Positions 18,802 to 28,509 of a stretch of DNA of 64,000 nt are shown one piece after another. The notes below the pieces were generated by a model. The model had not been told where the DNA came from. It searched no databases and was given only the letters and a program-made list of their open reading frames with translations. The translations under genes were made by a program, and so were the position numbers. The DNA is from Candidatus Uhrbacteria bacterium (GTDB taxonomy: Bacteria > Patescibacteriota > Patescibacteriia > UBA9934 > GWF2-40-263), in the NCBI GenBank assembly GCA_016206085.1, contig JACQSF010000009.1:9412-73411 (forward strand), in the 5' to 3' direction. How positions within the stretch are numbered: position 1 is the first letter of the stretch; the number at the start of each line of letters is the position of its first letter.

Positions 18802-20084
18802 GCACCCTCCTGAGCGTTGATAATGAAACGGACGAACGTGCGCTTGCCGACGCGCACGTCCTGCTGCGTCCCGGGAGCCGGAACGGGATCGGACTGCTTC
18901 ATCACCTGATCCGCACCCGCGGTCACCAGGTGGACGCCGCCGCCGTCGAGCAGTCGGCGCGCGTCGGAGTTGCTCGCGGCCTGCGTGATGCCGAGCGCCC
19001 GCAGGAGGGTGATCCAGGTGGCTGCCTTGCCCGCGGGAACCTGCACGACCGGAAGGTCGGCAGGCACTTCCTTCTCGACGATGCGCCGACGGAAGTCCTC
19101 GTCGGCCGCGTCGGCCGCCGCGAGACCGTTGAGATCCGCGACGACGACTCGCGCGAGTAATCGCTTCGCGTTGCGCGGATGTACAGAGCCGTTCACGATG
19201 GCCGCGGCGAGTTCGTCCCACTGAGCGTCGCGCATGTCTGTGAGCAACTTGAAGTACGACTCCACCTGCGCGTCCGGGATGGACATAATCTTGCCGAACA
19301 TGTCCACCGGGTCGGCGGTGACTGGGATGTAGTTGCCTAGCGACTTCGACATCTTGTGCCCGTCACCCGTGGTGCCTAGCAGAATGTCGGTTGTGATCGC
19401 GGACTCCGGCGATAATCCCTCGTTCTCCATCACACGCTCGGTGGTGTAAAAGTTGAGAAGTTGATCGTCACCGCCGAGCTCGATCTCACTCTTGAGTTCG
19501 ACCGAGTCGATGGCCATGAGGAGCGCGTAGAGCATCTCGGCGACCGTGACGGACTCACGCTTGCGGAAGTCGTCGCGTTGCATCGCCATCGAGACGTTGA
19601 TGCCGCGACACACGGTAAAAAACCGCGCCAGCTTGAACACATCGAGCCACTCGCTGTTGAACCGAACCTCGGTGCGCTTCAGGTCGAGGATCTTCCCCGC
19701 CTGCGCTGCGAAGAGCTCCGCGTTGGCGCGAATCTCGGCGGACGAGAGCACAGGACGGGTCGACACGCGACCGGTCGGATCCCCTACCTGGGCGGTGAAG
19801 TCGCCGATGAGTAGCACAACGTGGTGGCCCATGTTCTGCAGGCGGCGCAGCACGAACAGCGGAACCGCATGGCCGAGATGAATGTCCTTGGCCGTGGCGT
19901 CGATGCCGTACTTCACGCGTAGCCCGCGTCCTTCCTTGCGGGCGATCACGAGGGTTGCGCGTAGACGATCCTCGCCGACGATGTGCTTAGCGCGCTCCTT
20001 AAGCAGCGCGAGCTGTTCGTCCGGCGTCAATCCGGAAAGGTTCGGATGCTCGAGCAACGAGCGTTCCAGTGCCTGAATGTCCAT
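18798..20084 (-). CDS. tyrS: Tyrosine--tRNA ligase
   Basis: HIGH-like GHAVPL and KMSKS motifs, C-terminal S4-like domain. Start likely MDIQALERS (20084). G+C drops sharply immediately upstream of the start. Confidence 0.9.
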   Translation of the reverse strand: MDIQALERSLLEHPNLSGLTPDEQLALLKERAKHIVGEDRLRATLVIARKEGRGLRVKYGIDATAKDIHLGHAVPLFVLRRLQNMGHHVVLLIGDFTAQVGDPTGRVSTRPVLSSAEIRANAELFAAQAGKILDLKRTEVRFNSEWLDVFKLARFFTVCRGINVSMAMQRDDFRKRESVTVAEMLYALLMAIDSVELKSEIELGGDDQLLNFYTTERVMENEGLSPESAITTDILLGTTGDGHKMSKSLGNYIPVTADPVDMFGKIMSIPDAQVESYFKLLTDMRDAQWDELAAAIVNGSVHPRNAKRLLARVVVADLNGLAAADAADEDFRRRIVEKEVPADLPVVQVPAGKAATWITLLRALGITQAASNSDARRLLDGGGVHLVTAGADQVMKQSDPVPAPGTQQDVRVGKRTFVRFIINAQEGA

Positions 20085-20249
20085 GTTGTTTTTCCTTTTC
20101 ATAAAAAACAAATTGTGAAAGAACGACAAAAAACGCTATCAATTTCCTCAAAAAGTGTCAACAAAGTAAATCGAGACCGCTGAAATATGCTCTCCATACC
20201 TGATTCGGAATGTTCCTCAATTTTTTTCTGATCGGTTGATACGGACATA

Positions 20250-21662
20250 TTATTCTGGCTTCATTGTGCCAACTTCTGGGTACTTGGCAATGAGTTCGAC
20301 AAATTCATTCATAATCTCGTCCATCCGCTCCTGTGTCTTTGCCTCGAACACGAGCACGAGCTTGGGGAGGTTTGACGAGGCCCGGACAAGGCCCCAGCCG
20401 TCATCAAACTCAACGCGCGCCCCATTTACATCTATGACTTTCTCTGAACCGTACTTCTCTTTCACATCCTGTACGAGCTTATCGACAATTCCATACTTCA
20501 CTTCATCCGCACAATGTGCCTCGTAGGTCGGAGACGTGGCATACGTACTCACTTCGTCATGAAGCTCCGCAACTGATTTCTCCTGCGAGGTCACATACTC
20601 AAGGAATTTCATCGAAGCAAACAGACCATCGTCATAGCCAAAATAGTCTCGACGAATAAAAATATGTCCACTCCGTTCACCAGCGACAGGAGCATCCACC
20701 TCTCGGGACTTTGCTTTGATATGCGAGTGCCCTGTTTTCCAGATCACGGGTTTCCCTCCATGAGCGATCACGTCATCCGAAATCGCACGTGTCGCTTTTA
20801 CGTCATATACAATGGAAGCTCCGGGCTCCTTGGCGAGCGCAAGACGTGCAAGAAAGATTAAAATCTTGTCCGGATACATGGTTCGACCACGTTCATCAAC
20901 CACTCCAAGGCGATCCCCATCGGCGTCGTAACCCAATCCACAATCCGCTCCAACCTCCATCACCTTTGCTTCCAATGCTTTTTGAAATCCAACAGAACTG
21001 GGGTTGGGTTCATGGTTTGGAAATGTCGCATCGGGTGTTGTGTTTTGTTCTATAACTTCGCACCCAAACGCTTTGAGCGCCGGAACGTTAATCGGCCCAG
21101 CAGCCCCGTTACCCGTATTCACCACAACTTTCAAAGGTCGATGGAGCGTTGCGCGACTCGTGAGATCTTTGATATATGCCTGAACGATCTCACCCATCGA
21201 CACGTCTTCACAAGACCCCTCACCGCTCAAAAAATCTTCACGCACAATCCGATTATAGAGTTCGTCGAACCCCTGAAGCGTACTGGACTTATCCATTCCA
21301 AGTTTTAGACCAAACCAACCGTTGGGATTGTGCGAGGCCGTACCCATACAAATTCCTTTCACATCTAAGTGGTACTGCGCCCAATAGGCAACCGGGACCG
21401 TCACCTGACCCACATTCTTTACGTGAACTCCCGTAGAAACCAAACCTTCAATGGCTGCCTCCGCCAGTCCTTTCGAGTAAGAACGGTTGTCATACCCGAC
21501 CACACACTGGTTCACACCCACCTCGATCAAGGTCGATCCAAAGGCCTTTGCGATCAATTTTACGGAGGTTTCGTTTAACTCCTCAGGACCAACTTGTCCT
21601 CGAATGTCATACTCCCGAAACATGGTTCGTTTTAGCTCTGGCATATTTTTGACGGATATCAA
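20250..21662 (-). CDS. Phosphomannomutase / phosphoglucomutase family
   Basis: Active-site GTASHNP phosphoserine loop. Four-domain length (470 aa). Confidence 0.85.
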   Translation of the reverse strand: MISVKNMPELKRTMFREYDIRGQVGPEELNETSVKLIAKAFGSTLIEVGVNQCVVGYDNRSYSKGLAEAAIEGLVSTGVHVKNVGQVTVPVAYWAQYHLDVKGICMGTASHNPNGWFGLKLGMDKSSTLQGFDELYNRIVREDFLSGEGSCEDVSMGEIVQAYIKDLTSRATLHRPLKVVVNTGNGAAGPINVPALKAFGCEVIEQNTTPDATFPNHEPNPSSVGFQKALEAKVMEVGADCGLGYDADGDRLGVVDERGRTMYPDKILIFLARLALAKEPGASIVYDVKATRAISDDVIAHGGKPVIWKTGHSHIKAKSREVDAPVAGERSGHIFIRRDYFGYDDGLFASMKFLEYVTSQEKSVAELHDEVSTYATSPTYEAHCADEVKYGIVDKLVQDVKEKYGSEKVIDVNGARVEFDDGWGLVRASSNLPKLVLVFEAKTQERMDEIMNEFVELIAKYPEVGTMKPE

Positions 21663-21698
21663 GAAATTTCGTACTATTTTAGAAGAAATCTCATAAAA

Positions 21699-22262
21699 TT
21701 GAAACCATCTATGGAACTCATTTGGATCCTCGTCATTATCCTTATCCTTGTTTCGCTGTGGCTCATTCTAACATACAACGGCCTCATCACCTCCCGAAAC
21801 CGCGTGGATGAATCTTGGTCGGATATTGAGGTTCAACTCAAGCGCCGCTATGACCTCATCCCCAACATCGTAAACACGGTGAAAGGCTATGCCAAGCATG
21901 AAGATTCCGTGTTCACAAAAGTCACGGAAGCGCGCACAGCCGCCATGGGAGCTAAGACCATGCAGGAACATGCCAAGGCGGAAAATATGTTGAGCGAGAC
22001 GCTCAAGTCGCTCTTTGCCGTCTCCGAGGCCTATCCTGCGCTCCAAGCCTCAACGAACTTCCTTCAGCTCCAGCACGAGCTTACCGATGCCGAAGACAAA
22101 ATCATGGCATCCCGACGTTTTTACAACGCCAACGTCCGCGACTTCAACACCAAGCTCCAGGTCTTCCCAACCAATCTCATCGCTGGAATGTTCGGTTTCG
22201 TGAAACGCGAATTCTTTGACGCCCCCGACGTTGCTCTTGAAGCCCCACAAGTCACCTTCTAA
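21699..22262 (+). CDS. lemA: LemA family membrane protein
   Basis: N-terminal TM helix plus conserved LemA body (..RYDLIPN.V..VKGYA.HE...). Confidence 0.85.
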   Translation: MKPSMELIWILVIILILVSLWLILTYNGLITSRNRVDESWSDIEVQLKRRYDLIPNIVNTVKGYAKHEDSVFTKVTEARTAAMGAKTMQEHAKAENMLSETLKSLFAVSEAYPALQASTNFLQLQHELTDAEDKIMASRRFYNANVRDFNTKLQVFPTNLIAGMFGFVKREFFDAPDVALEAPQVTF

Positions 22263-23150
22263 TTGACTATGTATTCCCAGATCACGGCGAACAAGCACAA
22301 GACATGGTTTCTGATCGTGATCTTTACGATCGTCATCGTGGGCTTAGGTTGGACACTTGGGGAATACACCAACACTGGAAACATCGGGCTCATCGTGGCT
22401 GTGATGTTCGCCACCGGCATGAACCTCATCGGCTACTTCCATGGCGACAAAGTTGCGTTGGCGACTTCCGGAGCGAAATCGATCCAGAAGGTCGACAATC
22501 CGCGGCTGTATCGCATGGTCGAAAACCTTGTGATCACCGCTGGCATGCAGACCCCAAAGATTTATCTCATCAATGACCCCGCGGGAAACGCCTTTGCGAC
22601 CGGTCGTGATCCGGAGCATGCATCGATCGCGGTGACGACGGGTCTCATGGATATGCTGGACGACCAAGAATTGCAGGGCGTGCTTTCCCATGAGCTCTCT
22701 CACATCAAGAACTACGACATTCGCGTGATGACGATCGTCATCGTGTTGGTCGGCGTGATCCTGCTTCTCTCCGACATGCTGATGCGATCGATGTTCTGGG
22801 GTGGCCGTGATAGCGACAACAAAGGCGGCGGCATTCTACTCCTCATCGGTCTCGTGCTCGCGATCCTTTCTCCCCTCTTTGCTGAGCTCATCAAACTCGC
22901 GGTCTCACGTTCTCGTGAATACCTCGCGGACGCCGACGGAGCGCTTCTCACTCGCTATCCAGAAGGACTGGCTCGTGCGCTTGAAAAAATCGCAGGCCAG
23001 GACAGACCCCTCAAGCGCGCGAACCATGCGACCGCGCATTTGTTCCTTGCCAACCCGTTTGACCCGCACGTGACCAAAAAATTTGAACACCTATTCAGCA
23101 CACACCCACCGATTGAGGAACGCATCAAAAAACTCAGAAACATGCTATGA
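22263..23150 (+). CDS. htpX: M48 zinc metalloprotease HtpX
   Basis: HELSHIKNYD HExxH motif, four TM segments. Classic lemA-htpX pair. Confidence 0.85.
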   Translation: MTMYSQITANKHKTWFLIVIFTIVIVGLGWTLGEYTNTGNIGLIVAVMFATGMNLIGYFHGDKVALATSGAKSIQKVDNPRLYRMVENLVITAGMQTPKIYLINDPAGNAFATGRDPEHASIAVTTGLMDMLDDQELQGVLSHELSHIKNYDIRVMTIVIVLVGVILLLSDMLMRSMFWGGRDSDNKGGGILLLIGLVLAILSPLFAELIKLAVSRSREYLADADGALLTRYPEGLARALEKIAGQDRPLKRANHATAHLFLANPFDPHVTKKFEHLFSTHPPIEERIKKLRNML

Positions 23151-25630
23151 GCCACGACATCGTCGATAAATTTTCTACACACCTCAAAAATGTCCTCACA
23201 CGGGCGCTGTGCTTTGTTGTTGAACAAGACCAAAAGACCATCCAGCCTGAGCACCTCTTGTGGGCTTTGGGGACACAAAAAGGCTGTATCGCTGCCGAAA
23301 TCCTGAAAAAAAATGGCGTGAAAGCAATGGATCTAAAAAAATTGGCCGGCACGGGACAGACCACACGAGTCCTGTGCGACGCATCTGGCCTCACGCTTCA
23401 TTTGTCTAATGATGCCAAACGCATTGTTGAAAAAGCCGTACTCACAGCCAACGTCTATGGCCACCGTTACATTGGCACCGAACACCTCTTATCAGGACTC
23501 ATCCAAATCAATCCCAGGGTGACCGAATCGTTCTTTACTGAAATACAACTGGATCTCAAAGAACTGAAGTCCCAACTTGCCGTTGTGCTCAAGAGTACTT
23601 CCAAATTTCCAAATCTCACCGGCACAAGTACCGTAGAATCTCTTTCGACCGTACAAGCCCAACCTCAAAAGCCGGAAGGACAAATCAACGAAGAAAAAAA
23701 AGTTTCCGCACTTGAATATTTTGCGATGGAACTCACGAGTCTTGAATCACAGAAAAAAATTGACCCGGTCATCGGTCGCGAAACAGAAATCGAGCGCATT
23801 ATGGAAGTTCTCTGTCGACGCACAAAGAATAATCCCTTGCTCCTGGGCGAACCGGGCGTAGGAAAGACGGCGATCGTGGAAGGCCTTGCCAAGCAGATTA
23901 CCCAAGGACGCGTTCCACCGGTGCTTGCGAACAAGCGCATTTTTTCCATCGACATGGCGCTTCTCATTGCGGGAACGATGTATCGAGGAGAGTTCGAGGG
24001 GCGTTTGCGACAGATCGTGGATGAAGTAAGGAACAACCCCGAAATCATTCTCTTCATCGATGAGATTCATTCGATCGTCGGCGCCGGAGCCGCATCTGGT
24101 TCCATGGATGCAGCACATATTTTGAAACCTGCTCTTGCCCGTGGCGAGATCCGCTGCATCGGGGCAACAACCCCAGGAGAATTTAAAAAACACATTGAAA
24201 CTGACGCGGCTCTTGAGCGTCGCTTCCAAACGATTCTCGTCGACGAGCCCTCTCAAGAAAAAACCGTTGAAATTCTTGAAGGAATCGCCCCCTACTACGA
24301 ACAGTTCCACCGCGTACGAATCAGTCATGACGCCCTGACACAAGCGGTAGCGCTTTCCAGTCGCTACCTCCAGGATCGTCAACTTCCGGATAAGGCGATT
24401 GACTTGATTGACGAAGCCGCCGCCTCCGTGCGTGTTCATACTCTCACACCTGGTCCCATTGAACGCGAACGTGAACTGCAAGATACACTCGTAGCCCTCA
24501 AAGAAACCAAGCGTCAAGCGGTGATCGAAGAACGGTTTGATGAAGCTATGCGTCTCAAAGAAGAAGAGGAACGACTTTCCGTGCACCTTCATGTCATGAC
24601 CAATCAAGAGGATCTCTCTCCCATCCCCGCGATTACCACGCAAGATATCGCCCGCGTCGTCTCACGTACCACTGGCATTCCGTTTGAGGATCTTGTGGCA
24701 TCAGACAAGAGTCAACTCTTAAAACTGGAGGAACAGCTGCGTACGAACATCCTTGGCCAAGACCGTGTCATCGACACCGTTGCCGGTGCACTGCGACGTG
24801 CAAAAACCGGTATTGCCCATCCGAACCGACCGCTTGCGTCCCTGCTGTTCCTTGGTCCGTCGGGCGTGGGCAAGACGGAACTCGCTAAAACGATTGCTCA
24901 AATCCTCTTCCACACCAAACAGCATTTCATTCGATTGGACATGAGCGAGTACGCCGAAGGGTTCACCATGTCAAAACTCATCGGAGCGCCGGCGGGATAT
25001 GTCGGGTACAAGGAAGGCGCGAACCTCACCGACCGCGTGAAGCAACGACCGTACTGCGTCGTCCTCTTTGATGAAATAGAAAAAGCACACCGAGATGTGC
25101 AGAATTTGCTTTTACAAATTCTTGAGGAAGGAGAACTCACGGATGCGACGGGGCGCACCATCAACTTCAAAAACGCCATTATCGTTCTCACGTCCAATGT
25201 CGGGCTTGAGCGATTTGAGCGTGGAGATATGGGGTTCCTGGGCTCACAGATCGATCGAACAATCGCGATGAACCAAGATCTCCGAAAAGAACTCGAGGAT
25301 CGTTTCCGCCCTGAACTGCTTAATCGCCTGGATCACACTTGTATCTTCCAACCACTCGAAGAAACTATTCTCGAGCGCATCGTTGAGAAACAACTTGGCG
25401 AGCTTGTGGAACGCATGCAGACACAGGGACTCACTCTGAACCTTCATAAAAACCTCACGAGCCACATTAGTGCAAAACTTGAACCAAAGTTCGGCGCTCG
25501 TCATGTGCGTACGGTCATCCAGAATGAAATCGAACACAAAATCGCGGAACGCCTCAGTAAAAAAGATCAACCCACATCGCTCACCGTCTCTCTCAAAGGC
25601 AAAGCCGTGTGCGTGACAAAAGGACGCTAG
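23147..25630 (+). CDS. clpC: Clp/Hsp100 AAA+ chaperone (ClpC-like, two AAA+ modules, N-terminal Clp_N repeats)
   Basis: Two Walker A motifs ([16 protein letters not shown]), short middle domain, 827 aa. ATGA overlap with htpX. Confidence 0.85.
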   Translation: MSHDIVDKFSTHLKNVLTRALCFVVEQDQKTIQPEHLLWALGTQKGCIAAEILKKNGVKAMDLKKLAGTGQTTRVLCDASGLTLHLSNDAKRIVEKAVLTANVYGHRYIGTEHLLSGLIQINPRVTESFFTEIQLDLKELKSQLAVVLKSTSKFPNLTGTSTVESLSTVQAQPQKPEGQINEEKKVSALEYFAMELTSLESQKKIDPVIGRETEIERIMEVLCRRTKNNPLLLGEPGVGKTAIVEGLAKQITQGRVPPVLANKRIFSIDMALLIAGTMYRGEFEGRLRQIVDEVRNNPEIILFIDEIHSIVGAGAASGSMDAAHILKPALARGEIRCIGATTPGEFKKHIETDAALERRFQTILVDEPSQEKTVEILEGIAPYYEQFHRVRISHDALTQAVALSSRYLQDRQLPDKAIDLIDEAAASVRVHTLTPGPIERERELQDTLVALKETKRQAVIEERFDEAMRLKEEEERLSVHLHVMTNQEDLSPIPAITTQDIARVVSRTTGIPFEDLVASDKSQLLKLEEQLRTNILGQDRVIDTVAGALRRAKTGIAHPNRPLASLLFLGPSGVGKTELAKTIAQILFHTKQHFIRLDMSEYAEGFTMSKLIGAPAGYVGYKEGANLTDRVKQRPYCVVLFDEIEKAHRDVQNLLLQILEEGELTDATGRTINFKNAIIVLTSNVGLERFERGDMGFLGSQIDRTIAMNQDLRKELEDRFRPELLNRLDHTCIFQPLEETILERIVEKQLGELVERMQTQGLTLNLHKNLTSHISAKLEPKFGARHVRTVIQNEIEHKIAERLSKKDQPTSLTVSLKGKAVCVTKGR

Positions 25631-25636
25631 TCCCCT

Positions 25637-26476
25637 ATGGCCACTCCGGAGGAACAAAAATCAACACTCCTCGCCAATCGACGTCTTCCGTCGACCTCCT
25701 TTGCCCCCCCAAAAACTCCCCCTATCAGGGGCGACATAGAGTCGAGTCGCCGATCAGCATTTGTTTCAAATCGTCTGCAAGCGTTCGCCTTGTCCTCCGC
25801 TCCTGCATTTCAAACATCGCCCACAACTCAACAAACCGAGGATGAATCCTTTGCACAGACGCAACAGGCTGTTCAAGAGGAACACCTTGAGGAAGTTCAA
25901 CAAGCACAAAAGACTCAGCTTCTCGCCAGTATTCAGGGGGCTCTTATCGCTCAAACAGCACAACAAACGCAAGCAAAAAAATCTGAACAAGCAAATGCAC
26001 AGACCATCCAACAGCGCCAGGAGATAAAACAGACAGCAAAAGCCGCGATGAAACGTGGAGCTATTTTTGTCACGGATTCCATCGCCGCCGCATTTGATCT
26101 GGGGTCTAGCGGACTTTCCCTCATCATCGACATCTTTATTTATCTGTTCACGTTGGGATGGTTGAACCTCGAGATGATTTATGGAAAATACTTTGCAAAA
26201 GGAAAAAGCAAATTCATTGGCCCCATTTCTTGGGATCCGATTCCGATGCCACTGGATAAAGACGCGATCATCCTTTCAGGATTTGTGGTTGCCGCAGACA
26301 TTGCTCTTTGTGTTGTCGGAGTCATCCTCGCCTTCACCGGATTTTGTTTCCTTCATGATATGGTCAAAATCACCAATTCTGTGACAGGAGCGTTCGCCAT
26401 TGGCGCCTCCCTTGCCCAGGGGGACACAGCGGGATTGTGTTTGGGTGGTATACTTACTTCAGCTTTCGGTTTGTAA
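25637..26476 (+). CDS. Hypothetical Gln-rich membrane protein
   Basis: 279 aa. Q-rich low-complexity middle, C-terminal TM helices. Confidence 0.4.
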   Translation: MATPEEQKSTLLANRRLPSTSFAPPKTPPIRGDIESSRRSAFVSNRLQAFALSSAPAFQTSPTTQQTEDESFAQTQQAVQEEHLEEVQQAQKTQLLASIQGALIAQTAQQTQAKKSEQANAQTIQQRQEIKQTAKAAMKRGAIFVTDSIAAAFDLGSSGLSLIIDIFIYLFTLGWLNLEMIYGKYFAKGKSKFIGPISWDPIPMPLDKDAIILSGFVVAADIALCVVGVILAFTGFCFLHDMVKITNSVTGAFAIGASLAQGDTAGLCLGGILTSAFGL

Positions 26477-26595
26477 CAGAGACCTCTGCAAAAGTCGCGA
26501 TCTTGCGGCTTACGGGCACCCGCCGACCCCACTCTCCCTATGTGGCATAGGGTTCGTGGGGCTCGGCAGCCCGTGCACCACAATCTCATCGACTT

Positions 26596-27846
26596 TTGCA
26601 GAGGTCCCAACAATCTTCTATGTCCGAGCGTACAAAAAAACTTTTACTCGTTGGCGGATTTATCCTATCCGTATTTGTCATCGCGTTTCTTCTCTACCGA
26701 CTTTTCTTTCAAGCCGCTCCTCCTGAACCGACCGTAGAAGACCAAGTCGAAATTTCAACAGGAATCCTTCCCAGTGCCATCGAGGCAGACCTTCGAGCTC
26801 GCCAGGAAGCGCAACGTGAAGCAGCATCAGGGCGACTTGAAGGGTCAGATGACGTTGCGCGTGGAGGCATCACACAAACAACAGAACTCACAACCGGAGC
26901 GGTCTATCACGTTGTGATCGGGGCTGATGGAACATCGATGAATTACTACAACGCGTCGGACGGTCGGTTCTACACCATCGACAAAGACGGGAATGTCGTT
27001 GCGCTGTCTGATACGCAATTCCCTGATGCAGAAACGGTTGCATGGAACAAAGACTCCAACAAGGCGCTCGTCGAGTTTCCTGATGGTTCAAATATTATTT
27101 ACAACTTTGATACCCAGAAACAGGTGACCCTTCCTGCTCACTGGAAGGATTTTGACTTCTCTCCTGTCTCTGACGAAGTTATCGCAAAATCGATCGCCCT
27201 GGATCCAAACAATCGCTGGCTTGTCGTGACAAGTGACGATGGATCCAAAACAACAAGCATCCAAGCGCTGGGTGAACATGAAGATTCCGTGCAAGTCAAC
27301 TGGTCTCCTAATAACCAAGTCGTTGCTTTCGCTGATACCTCAGATGCCATCCAAGGAGGCGTGGATCGAAATGTCATCTATCCCGTTGGAAAGAATAAAG
27401 AAAATTTCAAAGGATTGGTGGTGGAGGGACTTGGATTTGATTCCCTCTGGTCTCCCAACGGAAAACAATTGCTGTACTCGGTCGCGGGAAGCTACAGCAG
27501 TAACAAGCCGCTCTTATGGATTGTTGATGCGACGTCCGCCACCATGGGAGACAATCGACAGTCCTTGGGGCTGTATACGTGGGTCGATAAATGCACCTGG
27601 AGCTCTGCCTCCGTTGTGTACTGTGCCGTTCCACTTGAACTTCCGGCAAACGCGGGACTCCAACGATCCCTCTACGAAAATGAACCTGACGCCTTGTACA
27701 AACTCAATCTATCGACGGGAACTTCCACCCTCATCGCCATCCCCACAGAAGAAACGTCCATGAACAATCTCCAGGTTTCAGACGATGAATCCGTGATCTA
27801 CTTCACCAACACCTCCGGTCAGCTTGAACTCATGCGACTCAAATAA
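26596..27846 (+). CDS. Hypothetical membrane-anchored protein with beta-propeller-like (TolB/PD40-like) repeats
   Basis: N-terminal TM helix, repeated ..DG.......S..G... segments. Confidence 0.35.
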   Translation: MQRSQQSSMSERTKKLLLVGGFILSVFVIAFLLYRLFFQAAPPEPTVEDQVEISTGILPSAIEADLRARQEAQREAASGRLEGSDDVARGGITQTTELTTGAVYHVVIGADGTSMNYYNASDGRFYTIDKDGNVVALSDTQFPDAETVAWNKDSNKALVEFPDGSNIIYNFDTQKQVTLPAHWKDFDFSPVSDEVIAKSIALDPNNRWLVVTSDDGSKTTSIQALGEHEDSVQVNWSPNNQVVAFADTSDAIQGGVDRNVIYPVGKNKENFKGLVVEGLGFDSLWSPNGKQLLYSVAGSYSSNKPLLWIVDATSATMGDNRQSLGLYTWVDKCTWSSASVVYCAVPLELPANAGLQRSLYENEPDALYKLNLSTGTSTLIAIPTEETSMNNLQVSDDESVIYFTNTSGQLELMRLK

Positions 27847-27848
27847 GT

Positions 27849-28505
27849 ATGGAACACCGATGGTTAGGATTTTTGTCGATTGGCGCGTTGGGTCTGATGG
27901 TCTTTGTCTTTTTTTGGTATCGAAATCAGCCCGTGGAAATCACCATTCCTGAATCAACAGTCGAGGTCGGCTCCATCACCCAACCGACAGTTACGTTTGT
28001 GAACCCAGCAAAGGGCGCGGAAGAACCTACCGTCACGATTGTAGAGTTTGGAGATTTTGAGTGCGAACCGTGTCAAACACTCGCCAGCTCGTTAGAGGTC
28101 TTAGTCAAGACCTTTCCCGATGATGTACAGGTCGTCTGGAAGGACATGCCAAACGAATCCATTCATGAGCTTGCAACACCGGCGGCGATTGCAGCGCATT
28201 GCGCGGATCGACAAGGAGCTTTCTGGACCTATCATGACGCCTTGTTTGATCGCCAAGCCTATTTGAACGAATCTCAATTTACGCAGATCGCCCAAGATCT
28301 CCAGTTGGATGTAGAAAAATTTCAGAGTTGCTACGACGAGCGGGACACACTCCCGATTGTGAAAAAAGACTACGAGGAAGGTCTGGCTCTGGGGATCACA
28401 TCAACACCAACCTTATTTATCGGCGATCAAACGCTTGTCGGAGCCGTGACGACGCAGGATCTCACGACACTGGTAACCGAATTACTACAGGACTCATCTA
28501 AATAG
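27849..28505 (+). CDS. DsbA-like thiol:disulfide oxidoreductase
   Basis: N-terminal TM/signal anchor, CEPC thioredoxin motif in EFGDFECEPCQ. Confidence 0.7.
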   Translation: MEHRWLGFLSIGALGLMVFVFFWYRNQPVEITIPESTVEVGSITQPTVTFVNPAKGAEEPTVTIVEFGDFECEPCQTLASSLEVLVKTFPDDVQVVWKDMPNESIHELATPAAIAAHCADRQGAFWTYHDALFDRQAYLNESQFTQIAQDLQLDVEKFQSCYDERDTLPIVKKDYEEGLALGITSTPTLFIGDQTLVGAVTTQDLTTLVTELLQDSSK

Positions 28506-28509
28506 ACGT

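Noticed and set aside
18802-19221. 140-aa Arg/Gly-rich N-terminal extension of the listed 614-aa ORF (17377..19221)
   Set aside because: It is an out-of-frame read through the 3' end of tyrS. The real start, MMFRRF at 18801, has an ATGA overlap with the tyrS stop and begins the conserved GCS2 region.
11465-20090. Interpreting the high-GC island as definite host-to-epibiont transfer
   Set aside because: Not rejected as a hypothesis, but not assertable from sequence alone. A chimeric metagenomic contig, or an unrelated GC-rich donor, would give the same picture. It requires read-level and phylogenetic checks. See the first finding.
20085-20249. T-box riboswitch leader upstream of tyrS
   Set aside because: Leader/intergenic space is only about 165 nt, too short for a T-box (about 250-300 nt). 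No specifier/T-box consensus was recognised.
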